Assembly (NCBI GenBank): GCA_000270325.1 | Contig: BA000048.1 | Span: forward strand, 372,933 to 404,932 | Reading direction: 5' to 3' | Length of the DNA: 32,000 nucleotides | DNA from: Candidatus Caldarchaeum subterraneum | Lineage (GTDB): Archaea; Thermoproteota; Nitrososphaeria_A; Caldarchaeales; Caldarchaeaceae | In this document: in pieces, positions 24,092 to 32,000 of the stretch | Layout of the letters: each line of letters starts with the position of its first letter | Position numbering within the stretch: position 1 is the first letter of the stretch | The notes under the pieces: generated by a model | What the model was told of the DNA's origin: nothing | The model's database searches: none | The model's input: only the letters and a program-made list of their open reading frames with translations | Program-made: the position numbers and the translations under genes

Positions 24092-24706
24092 GTGGATGAG
24101 ATTCTTCCGCCGGGACAGGTGTGGGCGAGGAACTGGGTTATTTACTCTGCGTTGGGTACGCCGAAAATAGATGTCGAGGGTTACAGGCTTCGTGTCACGG
24201 GCCTTGTTGAGGAGCCTCGTGAATACAGTTATCAGGAGTTGCTCGAGATGGCTGACGTCGAATATGTCAAGCCTTTCCATTGTGTGACCAAGTGGAGCAT
24301 CAGGGAGGTCCGGTGGACGGGTGTCAGCATGAAGAGGTTGCTGGAGAATTCGCGGGTCAAGAAGGAGGGGAAGTGGCTGATGTTTGTATGTGCTGATGGA
24401 TACACCGCTCCCGTGCCTTTGGATGATGCTTTATCCGAGGAGGCGATTGTCGCGCTTAAAATGGATGGGCGACCGCTCGAGGTTGACCAAGGTTTCCCAG
24501 CAAGGCCGTTTATCCCCCATCTCTATGGATGGAAAAGCGCGAAATGGCTTGTCGAGATGGAGGTAATACCGACCTATGTAGATGGATACTGGGAGATGTA
24601 TGGCTATCACGAGAGAGGCAACGTTTGGGGAGAGGAGAGGTTCAAGGGCATGGGTTTCAGACACGCACTAAGAAAGGCGGCGGGCATCATTCAGAGGGGA
24701 ACTTGA
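24092..24706 (+). CDS. Molybdopterin-binding oxidoreductase domain protein (sulfite-oxidase / MsrP-YedY-like)
   Basis: FHCVTKWSIREVRWTGVSMKRLL, ADGYTAPVPLDDAL and MDGRPLEVDQGFPARPFIPHLYGWKSAKWLVEMEV. GTG start, with TATA GATATATT about 25 nt upstream. Confidence 0.8.
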   Translation: MDEILPPGQVWARNWVIYSALGTPKIDVEGYRLRVTGLVEEPREYSYQELLEMADVEYVKPFHCVTKWSIREVRWTGVSMKRLLENSRVKKEGKWLMFVCADGYTAPVPLDDALSEEAIVALKMDGRPLEVDQGFPARPFIPHLYGWKSAKWLVEMEVIPTYVDGYWEMYGYHERGNVWGEERFKGMGFRHALRKAAGIIQRGT

Positions 24707-25228
24707 GGAACTTGGGCCAGCCCGGCCTCGCCGACCCAACATACAGCACGGGCCTATAGACTCTGAAACCCCAGTATTCCCCGAAATCATCTACAGCCCT
24801 CGCATCAACGACTTGAGCAACATACAGTATGTGGTCGCCTGCGTCTAGACGTGTTGTGACCTGGCATTCGAGGTATGCGCTGGCGTCGACGAGGATGGGT
24901 GCTCCGGTGTTTTCTCCAGGTCTATGCATTAGGCCGGATTCCTTTAGTTTGTCGACTGTTGTGGGTTCCGCGGGTTTGGCAAGTAGCTCCATTTTCTCCA
25001 CGTGTTCATGGGAGAGCCAGTTGACGGAGAAGTGGTGCGACTTCTCCACCAGCTGTGTTGTTGTGTGGTTTTTCCGAGGGCTGTTGCTACTTTGGGTGGG
25101 TTGAATGAGACGGGCATGATGCTTGAGGCGAGAAGTCCTCCGACTCTTTCTCCATCTGTTGCGGCGATGACTGCGGCTACCTGCGGGTAAAAAAGCCTAT
25201 GAAACCTCTCGAACGGAACCTTTTTCAA
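24687..25228 (-). pseudogene. Flavin reductase-like (FMN-binding split-barrel) gene with a 1-nt frameshift in a homopolymer (T5 on + strand, 25069-25073)
   Basis: Track ORFs 24944..25228 (FYPQVAAVIAATDGERVGGLLASSIMPVSFNPPKVATALGK) and 24687..25049 (HHFSVNWLS...APILVDASAYLECQVTTRLDAGDHILYVAQVV) are the N- and C-halves of one flavin-reductase domain. The second frame reads PRKNHTTTQLVEKSHHFSVN back to the A5 run. Confidence 0.7.
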
Positions 25229-25779
25229 AACCCATCACCGTGTACAAGGAGCTGATACGCTTCGTCGAGCGATGATATTCTCTTGATGTTTGGCGCGGGC
25301 TTGACTCTCCTGTTCCAGTTCTGGTCATAGAGGAAAACCATGCGCTGCGTGTTGGCAAGTTTTTCGGCGAGATGAGGAGAGTCGTCGATGTAGACGTCGT
25401 AGACAAAGCTGGTCTTGCTTGCTTTGAGGGGCACCCACATGAACCGTCTATACATTATGCCATGTTGTTTAAGCCATTGCTTGACATACTCGACTGTCTC
25501 GGCGGGTCTCTGCGTCAAAATATCCACTTCGCCCACTGTGTTCAGCTTCTCAACATCTTCGGCCACGTCATCCTCGATGGGCTGGAGCTCGGTCCACCTT
25601 CTCCAGCTCCGTGTAATCAAATCTATAAACTCTTGACGCGTCATAGAGAGCTTGACCCAGAACTCCCACTCAGTTATCATGTCACGAGATATACGCCGCC
25701 CCGTGTCTTCCTCATACAGCCTGATGATCATCCCCGCTAGGTCTGCGAGGACACCGTCAACGTCGAGGGCTATTTTCAT
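25225..25779 (-). CDS. HAD-superfamily 5'(3')-deoxyribonucleotidase (NT5C-like)
   Basis: MKIALDVDGVLAD (HAD motif I, DxDxV) and a late YIDDSP motif, with an NT5C-like layout. I prefer ATG 25779 over the track start 25827. It overlaps the helicase stop codon by 23 nt. Confidence 0.75.
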   Translation of the reverse strand: MKIALDVDGVLADLAGMIIRLYEEDTGRRISRDMITEWEFWVKLSMTRQEFIDLITRSWRRWTELQPIEDDVAEDVEKLNTVGEVDILTQRPAETVEYVKQWLKQHGIMYRRFMWVPLKASKTSFVYDVYIDDSPHLAEKLANTQRMVFLYDQNWNRRVKPAPNIKRISSLDEAYQLLVHGDGF

Positions 25780-28700
25780 CACCGTCAGCCTCGAAGTACT
25801 TGGCGAGCAGGGCCGCGATGTAAACACTTCTTAACTCCTCTTTTAGATATGACTCGATTGTTTCTGTTAGTCTCGATGGCTTCGACCTTATCAGGCGCAT
25901 GCTGGGTCTCCTACGTTTTTCAAGCATGGTTCTAGCGAACAGGTCTCCTGGTTCGATGCTTCTTCTGAGGCGGAGAGACTTTTCCACAGCGTCGAGGGAC
26001 AGGGCGCTTGAAAGCTTTTTCTCGAGTAGAGGCCGCACGTGTAACAGCTGTCCACTATGCTCCAACCCTTTCAACAAAGCTCGTAGGCTGGAGAGGCCAG
26101 TCTGTTCAAGAACAGTTTGGAGAGGTTCAAGGCTGTAAACCGCTAACGCAAACCCCTTATCAACCAAGCTGCTCAGCTCAGAGAGAATGGGTGAAGTTGA
26201 CTCTGTTGGCGAACCCAATTCAAACACTCCCGTGAAAACTTTCTCTTCCTCACCGTCGTAAAACCCGATGCAGAAGAGGCCTGCGCGCAGGTCCTCTCTA
26301 AGAAGGAGGGGTACAGCGGCGACCGCGGCTAGTTTCAGGGCCCTCGAGGGCTTGGGCAAGCTGATAACACTTGAGCCCAGCTGCAGAGCTATCCGTTCCC
26401 GCTCCAGCACGTAGTCGATGATTTTGAGCGCGTAGCTTCTCGCCGTCTCCCAGTCAAGTTTCCGCGCAAGAAAATCGGCGTAAACCTCTTCATCGATTTG
26501 CTGTAGAATAATCTCGTCAAGCTCATCCGGCGTGTATTGCTCAACATCTCTACGGAGAGCTTTCCAGTCTATTTTCGGGAGGTGGCCCGCGCATTCACCT
26601 TCATAGAATCTCACAAACTTTCTCTCAGCCAACACAATCATGTCAAACTTCATGATCATGAGTGATAGGTGGTGTATTCTTCTCAAAACTATGAGTATGA
26701 ATGATGCGCCGAGGCGGAGAAGAGCTGTGTCATCGAGGGGGGAGGCTTCGACAGCGTAGCCGTATGTGTAGTCGCCGTAGATTCCATAGGTAGGTGTGGG
26801 AACCTCGATAACTTTTGCATCCCTTGTCACGTAGGTGCGGTCGCCAACCGTCATCAATCTTCTGCGTCCAGAGTAAATCCTCCACTCCACTCTCTGCGGA
26901 AACTCGATAAACTGTCCGAACCCGTTTGACGGCAATTGCGCGACAAGATGTATCACAGATTTTATGTTCCCTCTGTGGAAATCCCGCACGACATTCGGCT
27001 CCTCACCCCATCTCTGCTTTGTTCGCTGATATTCTTCCAGCACCGGTGCCAACGCGTCATGTCGCCGCAGTCTGCTTTCGTTTAGAGAGTCCACCACCAC
27101 GGCAGTAACAACCCGTCCCATTTTCCCACCTGTCCTCATCTCGACCACAACTCCGTCGCTGCTGGGGTCAAAGGCTCCGGGCTGAAACTTCTCAACCAAG
27201 TCAACATGTGAAATGTCTTCGAGGTTTCGGAGGCCGCCGTCCTCCGATGTTCTCCACCTCTTCACGCCATACGGGGGCGCAAACTCGTAAAAATTCATCT
27301 TAACCCATGCCATCTTACCCGCGTAGGTTAGTTCACCGTCCTTCTCAAGTCCGAGGCCGCGGAGAAAAAGCACATCCTCTTTCCCGAGCTTGGTTCTTCC
27401 GTGTGGTGATTGGTGATCGAAGAGTGTTTTGAACAGCCTTCGGTACTCGTTTTCTCGGTGGGCGAGGGTTTTCTCCAGAGGCAGTTCTGTCCATTTTCGG
27501 AAAACTTCTACACCTCTGCTTAGCAGGTCTCTGTCCCACTGGCTAAAGGGTATGACTATCGTCTCTGTCCACGGTATGTCGGGTCTTCTGCCCTTACGCC
27601 CCTCCCGCTGCCAGTATTCACGCACTGTTTGCGGAAGCCCGAGATGGACCACTCGCCGTATCAAGCCTATGTCAATTCCCTGGCTCAGGGTTCTAGGTGT
27701 GAAGATAAGTTTGACCACGCCTTCTCGAGCGGCTTGCTCAATCTCTCTTCGCTGAGTTCTGAGCAGAAGATGATGATGGCTGGCGATTCTATGAGACTCG
27801 CCTACCTCGTTTTTTACCTTACGAGCAAACTCCTCGGCCGATGCTATACCCGTGGTGAAAACCAGCGTCAAAGCCTCATCATCCACAAATTGTTTGATAA
27901 TTTCTGAAGGATCTCCGAAATAGTCGGGAAAATCCACCCCAGCCGCTTTAGCCGCCTCCACAACCTTGAAAAAACTGCGGCGAAACTCTTCAAAATCATC
28001 AAGCGCCTTAAGGATGTCTCGGCCTGCTCCCGCCTGTGCGAGTTTGTCGCGTTGCGCGGCTACGGTTGTCCAGATTTTTTTGAGCGATTTACCAAGAACA
28101 AGATATGTTCTGTTTTCAGAGCGGTAGGGTTGTCCATCCACGATTGCTGTTTTTCTTCCGTTAATCTCTGTGAGGATTTGGGCCGCTTCCGTGGGGTCGG
28201 CTATCGTGGCCGTCATGATCACCAGCTGGAACCGTGGGTTAACATATTCGTGTAGAATCTGAGCCATGCCGAGAAGTATCGCGATGGAGCGGGGGCCGTA
28301 AAAGTCGAACTCGTCTAGGACAACAAGCCCGACTTCTCCGAGAAAATCTCTCAAAAAAGCAGGTTTTCCGGCTCCGATTCTCTTCAGCTCGTTGAGGAGG
28401 TAGGCGGGGTTTGTTATGACGAGGTCAGCCTCTTTCACCATGTTCCTCACAACACGGGCCCCGCTGCGCCGAACCAGCTCCTCTTTCCGCAATGCATCAA
28501 TCGCAACAGCCTTCAAACCCAGCGACATGCAGTAGTCGTTTAACCTCTCGACCTGGTCGTTGGAAAGTGCGAGAGTGGGATAAACAGCCAAGGTCTTTAC
28601 GCGGTGGGCAGCTGTGTAGAGAAACCAGGCCTCAGTCTTACCGCTTCCAGTCCCAGCCTTGAGAACAAGGTTCTCCCCACGGGCCAGAGAATCGAAGGCC

Positions 28701-28897
28701 TCCTTCTGATGAATGTATAGATGTTTTTCAGCGAGTTTTCTGCTTCTAATGTTTTCGGAGGAAGCGAGTGCTGGGAGGATGTCGGAGAAAGTTTCTCTAG
28801 CCAGCTGTGGAGAAACCGCGGGTGTAACAAATTTGACGTAGTCGAAGCCAAGCTTCTCGAGAAGCTTTTCAGAATCTATCAAATTCCGAGTCTTCAC
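25757..28897 (-). CDS. Large SF2 (DExD/H-type) helicase, 1046 aa, with an unassigned C-terminal region of about 600 aa
   Basis: Motif I AGTGSGKT (aa 81-88), Ia YPTLALSNDQ, II DEFD (aa about 196), III MTAT, V TLSQGIDIG, VI QREGRKGRR (aa about 430-438). The GTG start overlaps the GGCT stop codon (GTGA). Confidence 0.9.
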   Translation of the reverse strand: MKTRNLIDSEKLLEKLGFDYVKFVTPAVSPQLARETFSDILPALASSENIRSRKLAEKHLYIHQKEAFDSLARGENLVLKAGTGSGKTEAWFLYTAAHRVKTLAVYPTLALSNDQVERLNDYCMSLGLKAVAIDALRKEELVRRSGARVVRNMVKEADLVITNPAYLLNELKRIGAGKPAFLRDFLGEVGLVVLDEFDFYGPRSIAILLGMAQILHEYVNPRFQLVIMTATIADPTEAAQILTEINGRKTAIVDGQPYRSENRTYLVLGKSLKKIWTTVAAQRDKLAQAGAGRDILKALDDFEEFRRSFFKVVEAAKAAGVDFPDYFGDPSEIIKQFVDDEALTLVFTTGIASAEEFARKVKNEVGESHRIASHHHLLLRTQRREIEQAAREGVVKLIFTPRTLSQGIDIGLIRRVVHLGLPQTVREYWQREGRKGRRPDIPWTETIVIPFSQWDRDLLSRGVEVFRKWTELPLEKTLAHRENEYRRLFKTLFDHQSPHGRTKLGKEDVLFLRGLGLEKDGELTYAGKMAWVKMNFYEFAPPYGVKRWRTSEDGGLRNLEDISHVDLVEKFQPGAFDPSSDGVVVEMRTGGKMGRVVTAVVVDSLNESRLRRHDALAPVLEEYQRTKQRWGEEPNVVRDFHRGNIKSVIHLVAQLPSNGFGQFIEFPQRVEWRIYSGRRRLMTVGDRTYVTRDAKVIEVPTPTYGIYGDYTYGYAVEASPLDDTALLRLGASFILIVLRRIHHLSLMIMKFDMIVLAERKFVRFYEGECAGHLPKIDWKALRRDVEQYTPDELDEIILQQIDEEVYADFLARKLDWETARSYALKIIDYVLERERIALQLGSSVISLPKPSRALKLAAVAAVPLLLREDLRAGLFCIGFYDGEEEKVFTGVFELGSPTESTSPILSELSSLVDKGFALAVYSLEPLQTVLEQTGLSSLRALLKGLEHSGQLLHVRPLLEKKLSSALSLDAVEKSLRLRRSIEPGDLFARTMLEKRRRPSMRLIRSKPSRLTETIESYLKEELRSVYIAALLAKYFEADGDENSPRR

Positions 28898-29337
28898 CTT
28901 TCAACCTGCATTCTGATACTATGTATAACATCGTCGCTGTACCCCAGCTTCTTCAACCCCTTCAGCACCAGCGCTAGATAGGAAGATGAAGGAGTCAACC
29001 GCGGCCTTGGGTTAGTCGCTACGTAGACATAGGCCTCTAAAGGTCTGCCACCGACCTCCACAGTCATCTTGCGTCTGTGGTAGAGGTGGGGAACACCTTC
29101 ATACTTGTCGAGCTTCTCGAGCTGAGACTCCTCCAGAAGATAAACCGCCCCATAAACAACCGAACCCGGTGATTCCTCGATGTTTGCTACTCCCCCGCGC
29201 CAGCTGCTGGAAAAAACGTTAAAGACGATTTTATAGTCCCTTAGAATCGCGGGTTTCAGGTCAAGCCATTCACCAACCCGCCTTCTCATCCCTTCTTGGT
29301 CAAGGTTTGAGCCATATGCGAAATACCAGACAGCCAT
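28894..29337 (-). CDS. Gamma-glutamylcyclotransferase (GGCT / AIG2-like) family protein
   Basis: 147 aa with YFAYGSNL at the N-terminus, VYGAVYLL and LDKYEG, the standard GGCT-fold signature. Confidence 0.85.
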   Translation of the reverse strand: MAVWYFAYGSNLDQEGMRRRVGEWLDLKPAILRDYKIVFNVFSSSWRGGVANIEESPGSVVYGAVYLLEESQLEKLDKYEGVPHLYHRRKMTVEVGGRPLEAYVYVATNPRPRLTPSSSYLALVLKGLKKLGYSDDVIHSIRMQVER

Positions 29338-29345
29338 TCCAGCCT

Positions 29346-30617
29346 CTACAGGATGAAGTACTCTTTATCAACTCTTCTGTTTTCGACGCCTAGCCTCGAG
29401 ACCTCAAACTTTACACCACCATGTAGCATGGCGTATTCTTTTCCGAAGAGCGCTGCTTCCGCTATCCGCCCTATTGCGTCAGACTTCATCACGCCGCTTC
29501 CGCTGGCCCCTGTTACGACAAGGCAGTTAAGGAACCTGAAGATGAGGGGGTTTCCGTCGAGATAGTTCATGGAGTAGGTGCCTGCCCACATCGACGAGGG
29601 CCTTGCGTTGAGGAACTGTGGATAATACTTGACAAGAGGTGGGTAAACGTTATCAAGGTAGTAGCTCGGCTCAGGCTCGTCGTCCAGCCCAAACCCTCTA
29701 CCGAATTCGTCTGTGAGGCTGACCCAGAAAGCTTTGTCACTCATCCTCGGCACTATGTAGAGGCCATTTGGGAAAAACATCATAGGCATCGGCCTTCCAC
29801 CGTCCCATGTATTTGTTAATAATCTCTGCAGCTCCCCTTCAGCCGATATGACGAAGAGCTGTCTCTTCTTCGCTTTTATGAAGCAGTCCACGCCCAACGG
29901 GTCCAGGAGCTGCGGTGTCCATGAGCCTGTAGCGACAACAACTTTCCCAGCCTTTATCACCTCTCCGTCGGCCACCACGCCCGCAACCCTAACCTTCTGC
30001 CACGCCCTCGGTTCACGAGGAATTCCTAGTGGGTTCTCGGGCTCCAGTAGAAGCTTCTCAACCCTTTTCCCAAGAATGAGCTCGACACCGACATCGATAC
30101 ATCTTTTCTTGTAGAGGTTGACCACTTTCTCCACGTCTAGGAAACCACATCGCGGCGCAAACAATCCTGCCTTGATGTTGCTCAGACCCATCAGCATCGC
30201 CTCTTCGTCGCCGGTGAAATCTGTGCGCATGTGTAATTTTTCTGAGAGGGTTTCGGGGTTGAGTAGAATCGCTTTCCCTTCTTTGAGGAATGTTTCTACG
30301 ACTGTTTCCACATTTTTTAGTCTGTTGTCGTCGAGAAGTATTAGGTAGCCTACTTCCCTCATGTTTAGCGATGTTTCTCCGCTTGCCTCTGCTTCTCTGA
30401 GATGCTGTATGGTTGTCTCTGCGAGGACACGGTTCACATATGATGTGAATATTCCCTGCCTGTATCCCCCCACGCTTCTAGCGGTGTTTCCCTGCCCCAC
30501 GTCCCTGCCTCGCTCGATAACCGCTACCGAAAGCTCCCCGTGAAGGCTTTTGATGTAGTAGGCTGATGCAAGCCCCAGAATACCTCCTCCGACCACAACC
30601 ACGTCGAGATCAGGCAC
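29346..30617 (-). CDS. FAD-dependent oxidoreductase (DAO / glycine-sarcosine oxidase-like family)
   Basis: DVVVVGGGILGLASAYYI is a dinucleotide-binding motif. C-terminal VVTGASGSGVMKSDAIG. GTG start at 30617. Confidence 0.85.
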   Translation of the reverse strand: MPDLDVVVVGGGILGLASAYYIKSLHGELSVAVIERGRDVGQGNTARSVGGYRQGIFTSYVNRVLAETTIQHLREAEASGETSLNMREVGYLILLDDNRLKNVETVVETFLKEGKAILLNPETLSEKLHMRTDFTGDEEAMLMGLSNIKAGLFAPRCGFLDVEKVVNLYKKRCIDVGVELILGKRVEKLLLEPENPLGIPREPRAWQKVRVAGVVADGEVIKAGKVVVATGSWTPQLLDPLGVDCFIKAKKRQLFVISAEGELQRLLTNTWDGGRPMPMMFFPNGLYIVPRMSDKAFWVSLTDEFGRGFGLDDEPEPSYYLDNVYPPLVKYYPQFLNARPSSMWAGTYSMNYLDGNPLIFRFLNCLVVTGASGSGVMKSDAIGRIAEAALFGKEYAMLHGGVKFEVSRLGVENRRVDKEYFIL

Positions 30618-30693
30618 GGCAAACAGAGAAACTTCTCGGCAAAAAGGGTTTATTCATCATACATATTAGGAGCCAGAAGGGTGTGGACACAGG

Positions 30694-31773
30694 TTGCAGA
30701 TAATCAACAACTACAGGGTCGAGATAGAGGAGGCGGTTGAGCAGCTTAGGAGAATGAATGTCTCTAGGGTACTGGTTCAGTCACCTTTGGGTCTACGTGG
30801 TGTGGCGGCGTCCGTGGCAGAGCAGTTGAAAAGCAACAAGTTTGAGGTCCTGATGTCGAGCTCCAACTGTTGGGGAGGATGCGACATCGCCTACACAGAG
30901 GCCAGCGGGCTAGATGTGGATGCGATAATTCATCTCGGACACAGCCGATTCCTCAGACACGACAAGCTGCCGACGATTTACCTAGAATGCCGATATGCAG
31001 ACCCATCACCAGTCTACGATTTGATGGACAGGATTGCGGCGGAGCTCACAGGGTACAAAAAAGTCGGAGTGGGGGCAAGTGTTCAATGGCTTGACTATCT
31101 GTCTTTTGTTAAGGAAAGCTTGGCGAGGAGAGGCGTTGACGCAGTTACGGCGATGCCGGACATGTATTCTGTTTATGAATCTCAGGTTCTTGGATGTGAT
31201 GTCTCGGCGTTAAAGAAGCTTGAGAAAAACGTGGATTGTTTCCTTGTGCTTGGGAGCGTTTTCCACGGCCTCGGGATAGCTGTTTCCAGCAGCAAACCGG
31301 TTTACGCCGCAGACCCGCATACCCAGAGGGTTGAAAACCTTGACAAAATGAGAGAGAGAATCCTCAGGCAACGCTACGCACAAATAATCCGATTCCGCGA
31401 GAGCAGAACAGTGGGGGTTCTTGTCAGCATCAAGCCTGGGCAGAAAAGGCTTGGACTCGCAAAGAAACTGAACAACATCCTCAACCAGCATGGAAAAAAC
31501 AGCACAATCGTCTCCGCCGACGAAATAACTTCCGCAACCATTTTGGAAAATGGTTTTGAAGCGTTTGTGAACACAGCCTGTCCCAGGCTTAGCATCGAGG
31601 ACCAGTCCCGTTTCACGAAGCCTGTGCTGCTGCCTGTGGAGGCTCTTGTCGCGGTGGGTTTGATGGAGTGGGAAACGGTGGTGGAGCATGGTTTTCTGAT
31701 GTATCCTTGGGGATGGCATGACCGTAAAGTGGGTGAGAGGTTTTGGAGAGGAGTGAGCCTGTTACAGGTTTGA
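30694..31773 (+). CDS. dph2: Diphthamide synthesis protein Dph2 (2-(3-amino-3-carboxypropyl)histidine synthase)
   Basis: RVLVQSPLGLRG, NCWGGCD, AIIHLGHSRFL, QVLGCD, LGSVFHGLGIAV, VLVSIKPGQ and NTACPRLSIED, collinear with archaeal Dph2. TTG start. Confidence 0.85.
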   Translation: MQIINNYRVEIEEAVEQLRRMNVSRVLVQSPLGLRGVAASVAEQLKSNKFEVLMSSSNCWGGCDIAYTEASGLDVDAIIHLGHSRFLRHDKLPTIYLECRYADPSPVYDLMDRIAAELTGYKKVGVGASVQWLDYLSFVKESLARRGVDAVTAMPDMYSVYESQVLGCDVSALKKLEKNVDCFLVLGSVFHGLGIAVSSSKPVYAADPHTQRVENLDKMRERILRQRYAQIIRFRESRTVGVLVSIKPGQKRLGLAKKLNNILNQHGKNSTIVSADEITSATILENGFEAFVNTACPRLSIEDQSRFTKPVLLPVEALVAVGLMEWETVVEHGFLMYPWGWHDRKVGERFWRGVSLLQV

Positions 31774-32000
31774 GGAAGAAGCTGGTTGTGCCGGGCGAAG
31801 TTCTCTGCGTATTGGAGGAGTTCCTGCCAAGGCTTGGTTCATTCGTCAACGGCGAGGGCAAAGTCAAGGCACGGGTTCTCGGCGAAGCAGTCTATGACCT
31901 CAGGTCCAAGGAAGTGAGTGTTAGACCTCTGAAGCAGATAATCGACCTCAGGGCAGGGGACAGGGTCATAGCTGAGGTCAAAGACGTGCAGGACAAAATC
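31770..32000 (+). CDS. csl4: Exosome RNA-binding subunit Csl4, N-terminal 77 codons (runs off the right edge)
   Basis: My own translation: (M)RKKLVVPGEVLCVLEEFLPRLGSFVNGEGKVKARVLGEAVYDLRSKEVSVRPLKQIIDLRAGDRVIAEVKDVQDKI. It matches the Csl4 N-terminal and S1 onset pattern (vvPGd.l...EEf.pG.....dG.i.a...G...........v.p). TTG 31770 overlaps the dph2 stop codon; GTG 31788 is an alternative start. Confidence 0.7.
   Translation, partial: MRKKLVVPGEVLCVLEEFLPRLGSFVNGEGKVKARVLGEAVYDLRSKEVSVRPLKQIIDLRAGDRVIAEVKDVQDKI

Noticed and set aside
25780-25827. 16-codon N-terminal extension of the NT5C-like ORF
   Set aside because: HAD motif I normally lies within the first 10 residues or so. MKIALDVDGVLAD from ATG 25779 fits, and the extension is Ser/Pro/Thr-rich.
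1-32000. Scan for CRISPR arrays, rRNA genes, tRNA introns and inteins
   Set aside because: I saw no regularly spaced 24-40 bp direct repeats and no rRNA-like conserved stretches. Both tRNAs have uninterrupted 7-nt anticodon loops. The conserved proteins (EF-1alpha, PPase, Dph2, helicase motor) are collinear with their families, without insertions.

Overview
Densely packed archaeal chromosomal segment. Evidence for an archaeon: EF-1alpha, ribosomal protein uS10, Dph2, exosome Csl4, a membrane H+-pyrophosphatase, and A/T-rich TATA boxes about 25-30 nt upstream of starts. Very GC-rich tRNA stems suggest a thermophile. The taxon cannot be assigned without a database search. I count about 33 protein genes and 2 tRNAs, with no rRNA and no CRISPR array; many genes overlap at start/stop codons. 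Left third (1-9255) is housekeeping and metabolism: UbiD, LLM oxidoreductase, PCuAC-like protein, tuf, rps10 (convergent with tuf), an ABC exporter, a chorismate mutase::aminotransferase fusion with prephenate dehydrogenase, and a nitroreductase. 9256-16446 is a 7.2-kb plasmid-like integrated element in the 5' half of tRNA-Ser(GCU), bounded by a perfect 20-bp direct repeat. It encodes an intact tyrosine integrase, a frameshifted prim-pol, a P-loop NTPase, wHTH/AbrB/Zn-ribbon regulators, a small membrane protein and an uncharacterised ABC-ATPase::GNAT fusion. It also has a 359-nt non-coding block with a 26-bp inverted repeat (candidate origin). The right half holds a processive GT2 synthase with a secreted partner, a sugar isomerase, tRNA-Arg(UCG), the H+-PPase, a divergent IS110-like gene with structured flanks, and a Moco oxidoreductase. 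It also holds a tightly coupled five-gene minus-strand operon: FAD oxidoreductase, GGCT/AIG2-like protein, a 1046-aa SF2 helicase with an unassigned C-terminal region of about 600 aa, an NT5C-like deoxyribonucleotidase, and a frameshifted flavin reductase. That operon and the ABC::GNAT gene on the element are my best candidates for an undescribed system. All functional calls come from motif recognition by eye; no database search was possible.
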